From a virus (taxonomy: Duplodnaviria > Heunggongvirae > Uroviricota > Caudoviricetes): a DNA stretch of 35,124 nt. Each line of letters opens with the position of its first letter. The stretch's first letter is position 1. The notes beneath the pieces were generated by a model. It made no database searches. It saw nothing but the letters and a program-made list of their open reading frames with translations, and was not told where the DNA came from. The position numbers and the translations under genes were made by a program. The stretch lies in the IMG/VR virus record IMGVR_UViG_2690316269_000012; one strand, written 5' to 3'. Shown here piece after piece: positions 8,863 to 18,061 of this stretch.

Positions 8863-9174
8863 ATGACGACACCAACCAGACGGATAAGTTTCTATCTGAA
8901 GCCCGCCGCCGTCAAGAACGAAGGAGAAGCATGCGCCTGGCTGGACAGCCTTACACCAGAAGCCCGCAAAAGCGGCCAACGCGTGGCTTTTCTGGCCGGG
9001 CTGGCACTTCTGAAGACGAATCCGGCAGAGGCTTACCGACTGGCCGCATGGGCTGATGATGAGATGTTACCTGTGACACAAATCAGCTCAAAAAAGTTTG
9101 AAGCACAGTCTGCACCAGTGGCTAAGATAACCAGCCAGATGGCTGGGAATATCCGGGCGTTATTTCCTGAGTAA
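8863..9174 (+). CDS. parR: ParR-like centromere-binding adaptor
   Basis: 104 aa from ATG at 8863; ISFYLKP...LDSLTPEARKSGQRVAFLAGLAL and C-terminal IRALFPE resemble R1 ParR; directly follows parM. Confidence 0.8.
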   Translation: MTTPTRRISFYLKPAAVKNEGEACAWLDSLTPEARKSGQRVAFLAGLALLKTNPAEAYRLAAWADDEMLPVTQISSKKFEAQSAPVAKITSQMAGNIRALFPE

Positions 9175-9302
9175 AAGCATCTGCGCGAAAAATGCTCACG
9201 TTTATAGAGACAGTATCATTCCATTTGGCACACTTACTTCAATAATCGATCTGTTAAACAAATAGATTGTCTATTATCTATCGATTAAAACGATCAATTA
9301 TC

Positions 9303-9331
9303 TTGACAGTAATGTGCCTTTTTGTAAGATC
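9303..9331 (+). promoter_or_regulatory. candidate promoter (TTGACA, about 16-nt spacer, TAAGAT)
   Basis: Consensus -35 at 9303..9308 in the AT-rich gap after parR; would give a long leader for the 9539..9808 ORF. Confidence 0.3.
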
Positions 9332-9372
9332 GTTCGCATTGTGAGCGACAAGATAATTGCGCGGCATTGTCC

Positions 9373-9471
9373 ATGCAAAACGCCCCAATAGCAGCAACTA
9401 TTGGGGCGTAAAACTCGGTCGGACTCACTTAACCTGATATGCGTGCCTTCCGAAGTAAATCAAAATGTGCG
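9373..9471 (-). ncRNA. candidate small RNA of about 100 nt, antisense to the leader of the 9539..9808 ORF
   Basis: Minus-strand promoter TTTACA-N17-TAAAAT (complement of 9478..9506) and an intrinsic terminator on the minus strand (11-bp GC-rich stem 9381..9391/9398..9408 followed by UUUUG); no ORF in the interval. Confidence 0.3.
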
Positions 9472-9538
9472 TCGTATATTTTATTGCTTACACGCACCTC
9501 TGTAAAGGCACGCATATTTTTCCTATGAGGTAAATAAA

Positions 9539-9808
9539 GTGCGGGCTAAAACAGGTATTTGCAAGAACCCTCATCGTTATAATCCAACATTTCTGTCTCT
9601 CCCTGAATATCAAGGACAAGAAGGTCGGCACAAATGCGCTGCCTGTGCTTTTGAGCTAGGCATAAAAGATGCGCTTGAAGGACGCGCTATGGCTCAGAAT
9701 GATTTAGTTTTAGCTAACATTCCGTTTAGCCAGGCTGGAACTGTAAGGCACAGAGATGCCTATGAAGCATATGTTCGTGGTTGGCGATTAATAAACAGCA
9801 ACAATTGA
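9539..9808 (+). CDS. small Cys/His-rich protein of unknown function
   Basis: 89 aa, GTG start with GAGG RBS; C8-x3-H12 and H31-x-C33-x2-C36 spacing suggests a zinc knuckle; own terminator downstream. Confidence 0.5.
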   Translation: MRAKTGICKNPHRYNPTFLSLPEYQGQEGRHKCAACAFELGIKDALEGRAMAQNDLVLANIPFSQAGTVRHRDAYEAYVRGWRLINSNN

Positions 9809-9816
9809 TACTTTTG

Positions 9817-9843
9817 AAGCGCCGATAAGGCGCTTTTTTTGTT
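9817..9843 (+). terminator. rho-independent terminator
   Basis: 7-bp stem AAGCGCC/GGCGCTT with GATAA loop followed by a T-run of 7, nine nt after the ORF stop. Confidence 0.65.
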
Positions 9844-10293
9844 TGCACGATAGTGCACAAGTTTGCACAATTTTTTTGAACGACTTTTTGTACTTCCGGC
9901 CCGCGTGGTGGCTGGATCCGTCAAGGATCCGTACGTGCACAAAAAAACGCGTTTTTTCTGCGCGCAGGTGACGGGGGAACAGCCCGCGTTTCAGGGGGTA
10001 AATAGCATCCCCTGAACGATGTCGCAGCGACACAACAGAATGGCTGTATTTCTCACGCTGAGCGTGAAAAAGACGTGAGGGCTTTTGATTTGATGGGTGG
10101 CAGATAAGGCCGTCAAAATCGCACTGAGGCGGCGAGAACATGCAGTCAACGCGGTGGGATTGCGTAAGAGTCTGACCGCCGATGATGACAATAAGCAGAA
10201 AAGCGTCGTGAAATTATCTGATTGATACAGGAGCTGGAGAGTCGGGGCATAAATTTTTTATGCCCCGGCGAAGCAGCAGACAAGCGAAGCGCG

Positions 10294-11340
10294 TCAGGAT
10301 GTGGGCTGGGTATCTAGCAGTGCGTAAGGGTTAAAGCGGATCACCTCTTCGCCAAGCCAGTCATTGATGTGCTTCATGGCCTCCATGACGGGCATCAGCT
10401 CGTTAATTGCGTAAACCCGCGCGGCCTTCTCCACATCACCAAACGCACTTTTTTCGCCCGGCATCGCCCCCATCAGTTGCGGCGGAACGCGGTGCGCAGC
10501 CAGCACATCATCACGGGATGCCGCCTTAACATTCATGAACTCATCCTTTGCAGTGATCTGCTGGAACGGCAAAATTTGCACACCTTCTTTGCCCCCGTTG
10601 GGCGCATGGATGAGTACGTTTTTAAACGCACCACCACCACGCGCGCCCTGTAACGTTTCTTTCAGGGAGTCCATGCTTTCGCGGTTTACCTGCGCTGCAC
10701 CGATGTAGATGATGCACCCGGCGTGGGATCCGTTGTCGTAGTACAGTTTTCTGAACATGTCCGCCGAATGAGAAAGGCTGGCCGAGAGTAATGCGCCAAG
10801 ATATTCCGGCATGCCGTAGATTTCCTGGTTAATATCCGGATTCATCAGGTGGCACACTTTGCCAGGGCGAAACTGGAACGCGTCCTTGCCATCCTGCACA
10901 TACCACCATGATTCAAGATCGCTTCCGCGTCGCATGTATTTCGCCAGGGCGTGCCGTAATTTAAGCGGTTCGCCGAGCATATTGCTTCTAAGCTCAAGGA
11001 ATGCGTTACCGAACACAAACCAGTCCAGCGCCAGCGCCGAGAAATCCTGCCGGGAAAGCAGCGGGTGCGGGATGTAGCAACCGAGTAATACATTGCGCTT
11101 AAAGTAAAGCGCAGACTGATGCCAGGACGTTTGCCGGGCTGCTCTTGCCAGACCGTACCAGTCCACCGGGGTTTCATACCACCGTCCGTTATCAGCACAG
11201 TACATATTGTCCAGCAGGTCATGCCCGGTCAGGCGATAAGGACCATCAAATGTGAATGCACTGAGCGATGATTCTTTCCTGAGCGCATCAGCGAGATCAA
11301 TGCGTGAACTCATGCGCACTTTTTTATTTTTTCTGCTCAT
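10294..11340 (-). CDS. Q: portal protein (P2 gpQ)
   Basis: 348 aa; size and sequence character of P2 Q; stop/start abuts gene P. Confidence 0.9.
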   Translation of the reverse strand: MSRKNKKVRMSSRIDLADALRKESSLSAFTFDGPYRLTGHDLLDNMYCADNGRWYETPVDWYGLARAARQTSWHQSALYFKRNVLLGCYIPHPLLSRQDFSALALDWFVFGNAFLELRSNMLGEPLKLRHALAKYMRRGSDLESWWYVQDGKDAFQFRPGKVCHLMNPDINQEIYGMPEYLGALLSASLSHSADMFRKLYYDNGSHAGCIIYIGAAQVNRESMDSLKETLQGARGGGAFKNVLIHAPNGGKEGVQILPFQQITAKDEFMNVKAASRDDVLAAHRVPPQLMGAMPGEKSAFGDVEKAARVYAINELMPVMEAMKHINDWLGEEVIRFNPYALLDTQPTS

Positions 11341-13091
11341 CAGAACTCCATAACCGTGAAACGCTCGTTTTCTCCTTCGCCGCCAATCGGTTCGTTAATG
11401 ACAGCAAGCATGGTTGCCCACGCAAGGTCGCCGTGGCTGATCCCCCTCGCGCGGTCCGTTTCGTAAGTGATAAAGCCGCCCGGTGTTTTCACCTTACGCA
11501 CGGCGTTAAAGGCCGCGACCAGCTCGCGTTCGGCGCGATCGTATTCCCACCGCCCGGCACGCATTATTTGCAGCATTTTCAGTACCAGCGACCGTTTTGA
11601 TGACAGCGTGAAGGTGTACGGAATAGCAGCAGGGAAAAACCGTTTCACTATCTGATAAACAGCCTCCCCGTTCCCGCCCGTCACATCAATGCCGATGTGT
11701 TCCACGTTGTAGCGATACGTGAACTCTTCAATGACTCTGGCCTGTTCTTCAAACTCCAGCCCCTGAACGCGTCGCGTCTCCACCGTTCGAAAACGGCCAC
11801 CAAGAACAGCCGGAGGAACCACCACGGACACAGCGCCGCTGTCGCCGTTGCCACTACTGCCGTTTGCGTCATACCCAATCCATACCGGACGATTCCCCAT
11901 CGGGCGGGGAGCAAAAGGTTTCCAGTCTTTCCAGTCGTCGTATCCGTCAACACCGCAGCCAATCAGGATATTCAGGTTAAATGCCGATTCCCCTTCGCGG
12001 ACAAACTCACACATATAGAGATTGAGGAACTCGTCTTCGGTGTTTTCATCACGAATTTCGTCGATATCGGTGTGTTTCCAGCCGTGATTGACCACATCTT
12101 CCAGCGTGACAATTTGCCGCCACGTCCGGTCAGGGCAGATAAGCCCGTTATGCAGAGTTTTCCAGTCCACAGAAAAACGCTGGCGTTTATGCGTGGCCTT
12201 TTTCTCGTTCCAGCGGTCGCCGTTCCAGTAGGCGTATGCCTCGTGCGTTTCGGTGGATGGCGTGGAGAAGTAGGTGCGCCGCAGTCCGCTGAGGGTTGCC
12301 ATAGCGCCAGCCACCTTGCGCAGTTCAGCAAAGCGACTGACCCAGAAAAATTCATCAAAATAAAAATTGCCCGTATAGGACTGTGCCGACGCAGCAGAAG
12401 TGCCGAGAAAATGCAGCTCTGCGCCGTTGGAGAGGATGATTTTATCGCCCCCTTTCAGCTCCACATCAACTTCAGCCGCGGCCTTCTGAATAATGCTTTT
12501 AAACTGGAACGCCTGACGACGCGACGCAGACAAAAAAATCTGGTTACGCTGGTAAGGTTGCGCCACATCGTCACGCAGCGCCATCAGCAGAGCTTCCTGT
12601 GCAAAATACCAGGTCGCCCCAATCTGTCGGGATTTCAGGATCATCCTGTTACGTATCCCGGCTTCCCTGCAAAGGGTCAGGGAGTCAAACCAGCCCCGCT
12701 GATGCCACTCCAGCCTGCTGATGATTTTTTCCCGCAGTGCGGCAATCTGTTCCGGCGTGAAATGATTTTTGAGTTTTTTCGCCCGGCCTTTCTTTCCTGT
12801 GACCGTCGCATCCGGCTGGCCATCATGCAGTTTTTTAAGCTGCCGGGTCAGCAGGTCTATTTCCTTAAAGTCACCGCCTGTTTTATTCTGTTTTTCAGTA
12901 AGCTGGATGAGGCGCGCATCGATGGACTGCGTGACACGCTGCACGGGTGGCGTTTCATCCCACTGGTCGCGTTTTTTCCACGCATAAATCGTGTTCGGGT
13001 TTATTCCCATCAGACGTGATATTTCTGCGGGCGGATAACCCTGCCAGTAAAGTTGCCGCGCACGCTGGCGCACAAAAGCGTCCTGAATCAT
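11340..13091 (-). CDS. P: terminase large (ATPase) subunit (P2 gpP)
   Basis: 583 aa; N-terminal MIQDAFVRQRARQLYWQGY... and length match P2 P. Confidence 0.9.
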   Translation of the reverse strand: MIQDAFVRQRARQLYWQGYPPAEISRLMGINPNTIYAWKKRDQWDETPPVQRVTQSIDARLIQLTEKQNKTGGDFKEIDLLTRQLKKLHDGQPDATVTGKKGRAKKLKNHFTPEQIAALREKIISRLEWHQRGWFDSLTLCREAGIRNRMILKSRQIGATWYFAQEALLMALRDDVAQPYQRNQIFLSASRRQAFQFKSIIQKAAAEVDVELKGGDKIILSNGAELHFLGTSAASAQSYTGNFYFDEFFWVSRFAELRKVAGAMATLSGLRRTYFSTPSTETHEAYAYWNGDRWNEKKATHKRQRFSVDWKTLHNGLICPDRTWRQIVTLEDVVNHGWKHTDIDEIRDENTEDEFLNLYMCEFVREGESAFNLNILIGCGVDGYDDWKDWKPFAPRPMGNRPVWIGYDANGSSGNGDSGAVSVVVPPAVLGGRFRTVETRRVQGLEFEEQARVIEEFTYRYNVEHIGIDVTGGNGEAVYQIVKRFFPAAIPYTFTLSSKRSLVLKMLQIMRAGRWEYDRAERELVAAFNAVRKVKTPGGFITYETDRARGISHGDLAWATMLAVINEPIGGEGENERFTVMEF

Positions 13092-13245
13092 TGCTCCCCC
13101 TGAGTAATTACAGGAAGATTACCCGCGCGCGAAACTGTTCTCCTTAACCCCCTGTTCTGGCCGTTTTCTTACAACAAAATCCCTTTGTATCAGCCTGTTA
13201 CGCTTTGCCATCATGACTGAAGAACCAGTCAGAGGGGCAAAAACT

Positions 13246-14082
13246 ATGGCTAATGAAAAAAAGACATCCCGCAAAAAGTTTCGCGTGGCTGTCTCCGGAT
13301 CAACTGTTGATGGCCGTGAAATCAGTCCGGTGCATCTGCGTGAAGCCGCCGAGAACTTCAACCCGGATGTTTACGCTGCCCGCGTGAACGTTGAGCACTA
13401 TCTCTCGCCATGCCCGTCAAGCGAATTTTCCGCAATGGGCGATGTCACCGCGCTGAGTACGGAAGATATTACGGAAGGCCCGCTGGCCGGACGTACTGCG
13501 CTGTATGCAGAAATCGAACCGACCGAGCGCATGAAGCAGCTTGTCGCTGACGGCAAGAAAATCTATTCCAGTATCGAACTGCACCCGCAGTTCTCCGTTA
13601 ACGGGCGTGCCTATCTGGTCGGGCTGGCGATGACCGACACCCCGGCAAGCCTGGGCACTGAGCGCCTGAAATTCACGGCACAGCAGCGTCAGGCGGTGAT
13701 GACGTTCAACAGTATCCAGGGTGAAGCACCGCTTATCTCCGAAGCCATCGAGTCTGAAATCATCGAAATGGCAGAACAACGCCAGGAAGAAGGCACCCAG
13801 TGGTTTAACCGCGTAATGGGGATTATTGGTCGTGGCCGCAAAGCGGATGACGCCAGTTTCTCCCGTATTCAGGAAGCGGTGGAAGGCGTTGCAACATCAC
13901 AGGCCGACATTATCGACCGTTTTAATGTGCTGGAAACCCGCCATCAGCAGGACCGCCAGAAAATCACGTCACTGACCACAGAGCTGACAGCACTGAAGGA
14001 AAAACTGCGCACGCAGGACGGCGATCCGCAGAACCGCTTCACCGCAACGGGCGCAGCCTCCGACCAGCTGGCTGACTTCTGA
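13246..14082 (+). CDS. O: capsid scaffolding protein (P2 gpO)
   Basis: 278 aa from the internal ATG (MANEKK...); contains YLVGLAMTDTPASLGTERL block as in P2 O; divergent from P. Confidence 0.88.
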   Translation: MANEKKTSRKKFRVAVSGSTVDGREISPVHLREAAENFNPDVYAARVNVEHYLSPCPSSEFSAMGDVTALSTEDITEGPLAGRTALYAEIEPTERMKQLVADGKKIYSSIELHPQFSVNGRAYLVGLAMTDTPASLGTERLKFTAQQRQAVMTFNSIQGEAPLISEAIESEIIEMAEQRQEEGTQWFNRVMGIIGRGRKADDASFSRIQEAVEGVATSQADIIDRFNVLETRHQQDRQKITSLTTELTALKEKLRTQDGDPQNRFTATGAASDQLADF

Positions 14083-14105
14083 TAAGACAAAGGAGCAAAT
14101 TTTTT

Positions 14106-15158
14106 ATGAATCTGGTGATGTCAGATATTACCCGCAACAAGCTGGGGTGCTATATGGCGCAGCAGGCGTCGCTTAACAATATCCCGGTATCTGCACTGGT
14201 ATCGCGATTTACCGTGGAACCCGCGGTGCAGCAGCGTTTTGAAAACGCCTCAAAGGAAAGTACCGAATTTACGAAAAGAATTAACGTGATCGGCGTGACC
14301 GACCAGAAAGGCGAAAAAATCCTCCTGGACACCACCGGGCCAATTGCGCGCACGAATAGCAGTTATGACGGCATCAAACGCCGTAACCCGAATAACGTGA
14401 TCGATATGAAGTCTCGTCAGTACCAGTGCGAACAGGTGAACTACGATACCTTTATTTCGTACCCACAGCTTGATACCTGGGCGGCCCACAGCGATTTTCA
14501 GTCCCGTATCAGTACACAGATCGCCCGGCAGGTAGCGCTTGATCGCATCATGATTGGCTTTAACGGCACATCCCACGCCTACGAGTCTGATTTTCACACC
14601 AACAAGCTGCTTCAGGACGTTAACGTGGGCTGGCTGGAGCACATCAGAACCGATGCCAGCGAGCGCGTAATGAATGACGTGACGCTGACCTCCCGCAACA
14701 TGGACAACACTGTGGCGCACGCGGGTAAGTATGCGAATGCCGATGCTCTGGTACAGGATGCGCGCTCATCCCTGCTGGATGAATGGCACAAGGAAGCTGA
14801 CGACCTCGTGGTGATTATGGGGCGCAACCTGTTTAACTCGCTGCGTCTGCCCGTGCTGAACAGCATCAGCGGCCAGAATCCCAATGCGGAATTACTTGCC
14901 GGGCAGCTCATCCTGTCATCGCGCACCATTGGCGGGCTGGGCGTGTTCCTTGCGCCGTTCTTCCCGGATGCAACGATGCTTATCACCTCGTTCAACAACC
15001 TGTCGATTTACTGGCAGAAAGGTTCAATGCGTCGTCTGATGAAAGACGAGCCGGAATACAACCGCATCGCCACCTACCAGTCCATCAATGACGCTTATGT
15101 CGTTGAAGACTATGGCAAGTGCGCGATGGTCACTGGCCTGAAGTTCGCCGACAGCTAA
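14106..15158 (+). CDS. N: major capsid protein (P2 gpN)
   Basis: 350 aa; position and size as P2 N. Confidence 0.9.
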   Translation: MNLVMSDITRNKLGCYMAQQASLNNIPVSALVSRFTVEPAVQQRFENASKESTEFTKRINVIGVTDQKGEKILLDTTGPIARTNSSYDGIKRRNPNNVIDMKSRQYQCEQVNYDTFISYPQLDTWAAHSDFQSRISTQIARQVALDRIMIGFNGTSHAYESDFHTNKLLQDVNVGWLEHIRTDASERVMNDVTLTSRNMDNTVAHAGKYANADALVQDARSSLLDEWHKEADDLVVIMGRNLFNSLRLPVLNSISGQNPNAELLAGQLILSSRTIGGLGVFLAPFFPDATMLITSFNNLSIYWQKGSMRRLMKDEPEYNRIATYQSINDAYVVEDYGKCAMVTGLKFADS

Positions 15159-15203
15159 TCAACTCACGGCGGGCATCATGCCCGCCTGTAACGGAGAGAA
15201 AAA

Positions 15204-16004
15204 ATGATTACTCCTGCACAACAACACTGGCAGAACGTGATGGCACAGCGCGCAGGCCGGGCGAATGAAGGTGTGGACCACGCCGCGTGTACCGCGCATG
15301 AAGAAGTGCTGTATCGTCTGCGTCTGGCACAGGCCAGGCTAAAGGCCATACAGGCCAGAAGCGCGAAAGCCGCCATCAAAAAAGAGTTGTTGCCGGACTT
15401 TTCCGGCTGGATTGAGGGAACGCTGGAGGCTGACGGCGGGCAACAGGACGAAGTAATTGCCACGCTGATGGTGTGGGCGATTGACTGCGGCGATCTTCCG
15501 CTGGCGCTGCGTATTGGTGCATATGTGGTCCGTCACAACCTCATCATGCCGGATAACTTTGGCCGTACTGCTGCCACGGTACTGACCGAAGAAATCTGCA
15601 ACCCGGTACTGACGCAGGCTGGGACGGATGCCGACGCGGATTTATCCGCCTTTATCGAACCACTGGACACACTTTGGGAAATTGTCGCCAACCAGGACAT
15701 TCCGGACGAAGTGCGCGCCAAATTATGCAAGGCGTGTGCCTTTGCCCGTCGTGGCCTGACCGATGCAGACAACATGGCCTCATCACTGAAGCTGCTGCGC
15801 GAAGCGATGCACCTGAACCCGAACGCAGGTGTGAAACGCGAGATTGCAACCCTTTCCCGCGCCCTGAAAAAAGCCGATTCCGCAGCCGAACCAGAAGACG
15901 CCAGCGCACAGCAGGCGCAGGACGAAAGCAGCAAAAATAAAAAGACAACGCGGAAGCCTGCAACACGAAAAACCACCGCGACGCAGAAGGCAAAGCGCGG
16001 TTAA
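15204..16004 (+). CDS. M: terminase endonuclease (small) subunit (P2 gpM)
   Basis: 266 aa; position after N; basic C-terminal tail. Confidence 0.82.
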   Translation: MITPAQQHWQNVMAQRAGRANEGVDHAACTAHEEVLYRLRLAQARLKAIQARSAKAAIKKELLPDFSGWIEGTLEADGGQQDEVIATLMVWAIDCGDLPLALRIGAYVVRHNLIMPDNFGRTAATVLTEEICNPVLTQAGTDADADLSAFIEPLDTLWEIVANQDIPDEVRAKLCKACAFARRGLTDADNMASSLKLLREAMHLNPNAGVKREIATLSRALKKADSAAEPEDASAQQAQDESSKNKKTTRKPATRKTTATQKAKRG

Positions 16005-16096
16005 CGACTGACCCCGTCAGCGGGCGGCGTGCGCGGTGTTCCGGTTTGACTCCGTGACCGTTTACACCGCGCACCCACCGCCCGATTTTTTCAGGA

Positions 16097-16600
16097 GTGA
16101 ACCCCATGAGTATGGTTGCCAGAACTAACCCCGGCCCCGCAGAGGACGACATCACCGATACCGATGATGGCGACACTCGCATTTCAGCGGGTGCATTCTG
16201 GCCGGATATTGTGCTGCGTGAGCTGCGTCTGGCGGTACGACTGCCGGGCCGCGTGACCACCTCCCGCCTGCTGCATACCGCCACCGGGGCCATAGCACAC
16301 GTTACCCGCGAGCTGGAAGCATGGCAGCAGGAACAACAGGCGGCTGGCTATCAGACGCTGGCCGATGTTCCGGCCCCTGTAATTAACGGAGAAAGCGTCA
16401 ATCTCTGGCACTGGCGCAATGCTGTTTATACCGCCACACGCGCCCTGATTCTGGAGCGTTACCGCGATGCGGACACAACGGACAAGGGCGACCGCCGGGC
16501 GGACGCACTGGATATACAGACATCGGATTTGTGGCGCGATGTGAGCTGGGCCATCTCTGACATTCTGGGACGACCGCGAATGTTTGCGGAGCTGTGCTGA
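16097..16600 (+). CDS. L: head completion/stabilisation protein (P2 gpL)
   Basis: 167 aa; position and size as P2 L. Confidence 0.82.
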   Translation: MNPMSMVARTNPGPAEDDITDTDDGDTRISAGAFWPDIVLRELRLAVRLPGRVTTSRLLHTATGAIAHVTRELEAWQQEQQAAGYQTLADVPAPVINGESVNLWHWRNAVYTATRALILERYRDADTTDKGDRRADALDIQTSDLWRDVSWAISDILGRPRMFAELC

Positions 16601-16800
16601 TGAAAGTGAAGGCACTGGAAGGCGACACCGTGGATTCGCTCTGTTTCCGGTACTACGGCACGACACGGGGCGTCACCGAAAAGGTGCTGGATGCCAACCC
16701 CGGACTCTGTCAGCAGGTATTTCTGGACGCCGGGCAGGAAGTGGAGATGCCGGAGCCGGAGAAGAAGAAACGAGAAATGATTCAGTTGTGGGGGGAGTAG
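16600..16800 (+). CDS. X: tail protein X (LysM-like)
   Basis: 66 aa; MKVKALEGDTVDSLCFRYYG...VLDANPGL resembles P2 X; ATG overlaps L stop. Confidence 0.8.
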   Translation: MKVKALEGDTVDSLCFRYYGTTRGVTEKVLDANPGLCQQVFLDAGQEVEMPEPEKKKREMIQLWGE

Positions 16801-16802
16801 CA

Positions 16803-17126
16803 GTGAGCACCATTCAAACAGGGATCACAGAGCAGGTTATTGCGTGGCTCTTTGACCACCTGCCAACGGTGTATGCAGTAGGCGCGGCTGTCAGCATTTC
16901 CGCGCTGATGAGTCTTTATGACGGACGAACACTGGTTCAGACCGTAACGGGATCGCTGGCGTGCGGCGTTCTTGCCATGGCCGTGGCCGGGTCGCTGCGC
17001 TTCTTCGGGATCCCTGAGGATGCAGTGACGTTTTTTGGTGCCTCAATCGGTTTTATGGGCGCAGAGAAAGCACGCGACAAGGTTATTGCAATATTTGATC
17101 GCAGGGTGAAGGAGAGGAACGAATGA
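16803..17126 (+). CDS. holin (candidate)
   Basis: 107 aa from GTG at 16803 with GGGGGAG RBS; three hydrophobic segments; first gene of the lysis cassette. Confidence 0.6.
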   Translation: MSTIQTGITEQVIAWLFDHLPTVYAVGAAVSISALMSLYDGRTLVQTVTGSLACGVLAMAVAGSLRFFGIPEDAVTFFGASIGFMGAEKARDKVIAIFDRRVKERNE

Positions 17127-17515
17127 GCAACACATTTAAATTCAGCAGCCGAAGCGAAAAGAATTTGCAGGGTGTAAATCCTGATCTGGTGAAAGTGACC
17201 CGACGGGCGCTGGAAATCTCGGAAGTGGATTTTGGTATCACCGAAGGATTGCGCAGTCGTTATCGTCAGAAGCAGCTCGTGACCACAGGCAAGAGCCAGA
17301 CCATGAACAGTCGCCATCTCACAGGGCATGCCGTGGATGTTGTGGCTTATGTTGGCAGCCAGGTGTCATGGGAATGGCCGCTGTACGAAAAAATCGCAGC
17401 AGCATTCAGACAGGCCAGCCGGGAACTGAATATTCCGGTGGAATGGGGCGGCGACTGGAAGACCCTGAAAGACGGACCGCATTTTCAGTTACCACACGGA
17501 GCCTATCCGGCATGA
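17123..17515 (+). CDS. endolysin, peptidase M15-type
   Basis: 130 aa; SRHLTGHAVDV and later His consistent with the M15 zinc-ligand pattern; between holin and spanins. Confidence 0.75.
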   Translation: MSNTFKFSSRSEKNLQGVNPDLVKVTRRALEISEVDFGITEGLRSRYRQKQLVTTGKSQTMNSRHLTGHAVDVVAYVGSQVSWEWPLYEKIAAAFRQASRELNIPVEWGGDWKTLKDGPHFQLPHGAYPA

Positions 17516-17919
17516 AGCTCTGGCCCACGCTTGGCGTCGCTTTCCTTCTGATTGCCGCATGGGGAACATCCATGCGTCTGTCGTGGTCGCTGGGCCGGGA
17601 GAACGCCAGAAACGAAGCGCAGGCCAGCACCCTGAAAAGTACCGTCGACACACTGAATATCATCAGCGCCGGGGTACAGGATATGCAGCAGGTGCTGGCT
17701 CAACTCCGCGCGGACAATCAGCAACGCAATCAGGACGGAGAGGTAAGACGTGAACAGCTACGCAACGATATTGCAAAAGATGAATGCGCCCACGCTTTGC
17801 CTGACGCTCGTTTTACTGACAGGTTGCGCAGGCACGCAGAACGCGCCACGGCCAGCGCCGTCAGTCCGGCTTATACCGCAGACGCTGACCATGCCGGTAA
17901 CGCCTCCCCCCTTCCCTGA
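17512..17919 (+). CDS. lysB: i-spanin (Rz/LysB-like)
   Basis: 135 aa from ATG at 17512 overlapping the endolysin stop; N-terminal TM helix then coiled-coil-like region. Confidence 0.65.
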   Translation: MKLWPTLGVAFLLIAAWGTSMRLSWSLGRENARNEAQASTLKSTVDTLNIISAGVQDMQQVLAQLRADNQQRNQDGEVRREQLRNDIAKDECAHALPDARFTDRLRRHAERATASAVSPAYTADADHAGNASPLP

Positions 17920-18061
17920 CCAACCCACATGGGGAAACCTCGGAATATGGGGCGACCGCCTTCTGGATGCACTGGAAACCTGTAACGCGGATAAACGGGC
18001 CATTGCTGAACTGGATAAGAGAATAGCCGAACTGACACACCAGACGGGAGTAACACAATGA
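17780..18061 (+). CDS. lysC: o-spanin lipoprotein (Rz1/LysC-like)
   Basis: Starts inside lysB in another frame; lipobox LLTGC; proline-rich. Confidence 0.6.
   Translation: MNAPTLCLTLVLLTGCAGTQNAPRPAPSVRLIPQTLTMPVTPPPFPDQPTWGNLGIWGDRLLDALETCNADKRAIAELDKRIAELTHQTGVTQ

Noticed and set aside
9400-9540. Possible LexA (SOS) box upstream of the 89-aa ORF, by analogy with phage 186 tum
   Set aside because: No CTGT-N8-ACAG match; the closest candidates (CTGTTAAACAAATAGA, CTGTAAAGGCACGCAT) lack the ACAG half-site
10244-10266. Perfect 10-bp hairpin just beyond the Q stop as a terminator
   Set aside because: No U-tract follows on either strand; may be a structural element or part of the packaging region
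11697-13019. 440-aa plus-strand ORF
   Set aside because: Lies entirely antisense within terminase gene P; low-complexity translation typical of a spurious GC-rich antisense frame
13092-13245. Ogr-type activator site (TGT-N12-ACA) in the P/O divergent promoter region, and likewise in 31447..31603
   Set aside because: Only TGT-N15-ACA and TGT-N20-ACA spacings were found by eye; cannot support a call without a proper motif scan
16584-17126. 180-aa version of the holin ORF starting at 16584
   Set aside because: The N-terminal 73 residues overlap L and X in another frame and are Arg/Gly-rich; the in-frame GTG at 16803 with a strong RBS gives a holin-sized product
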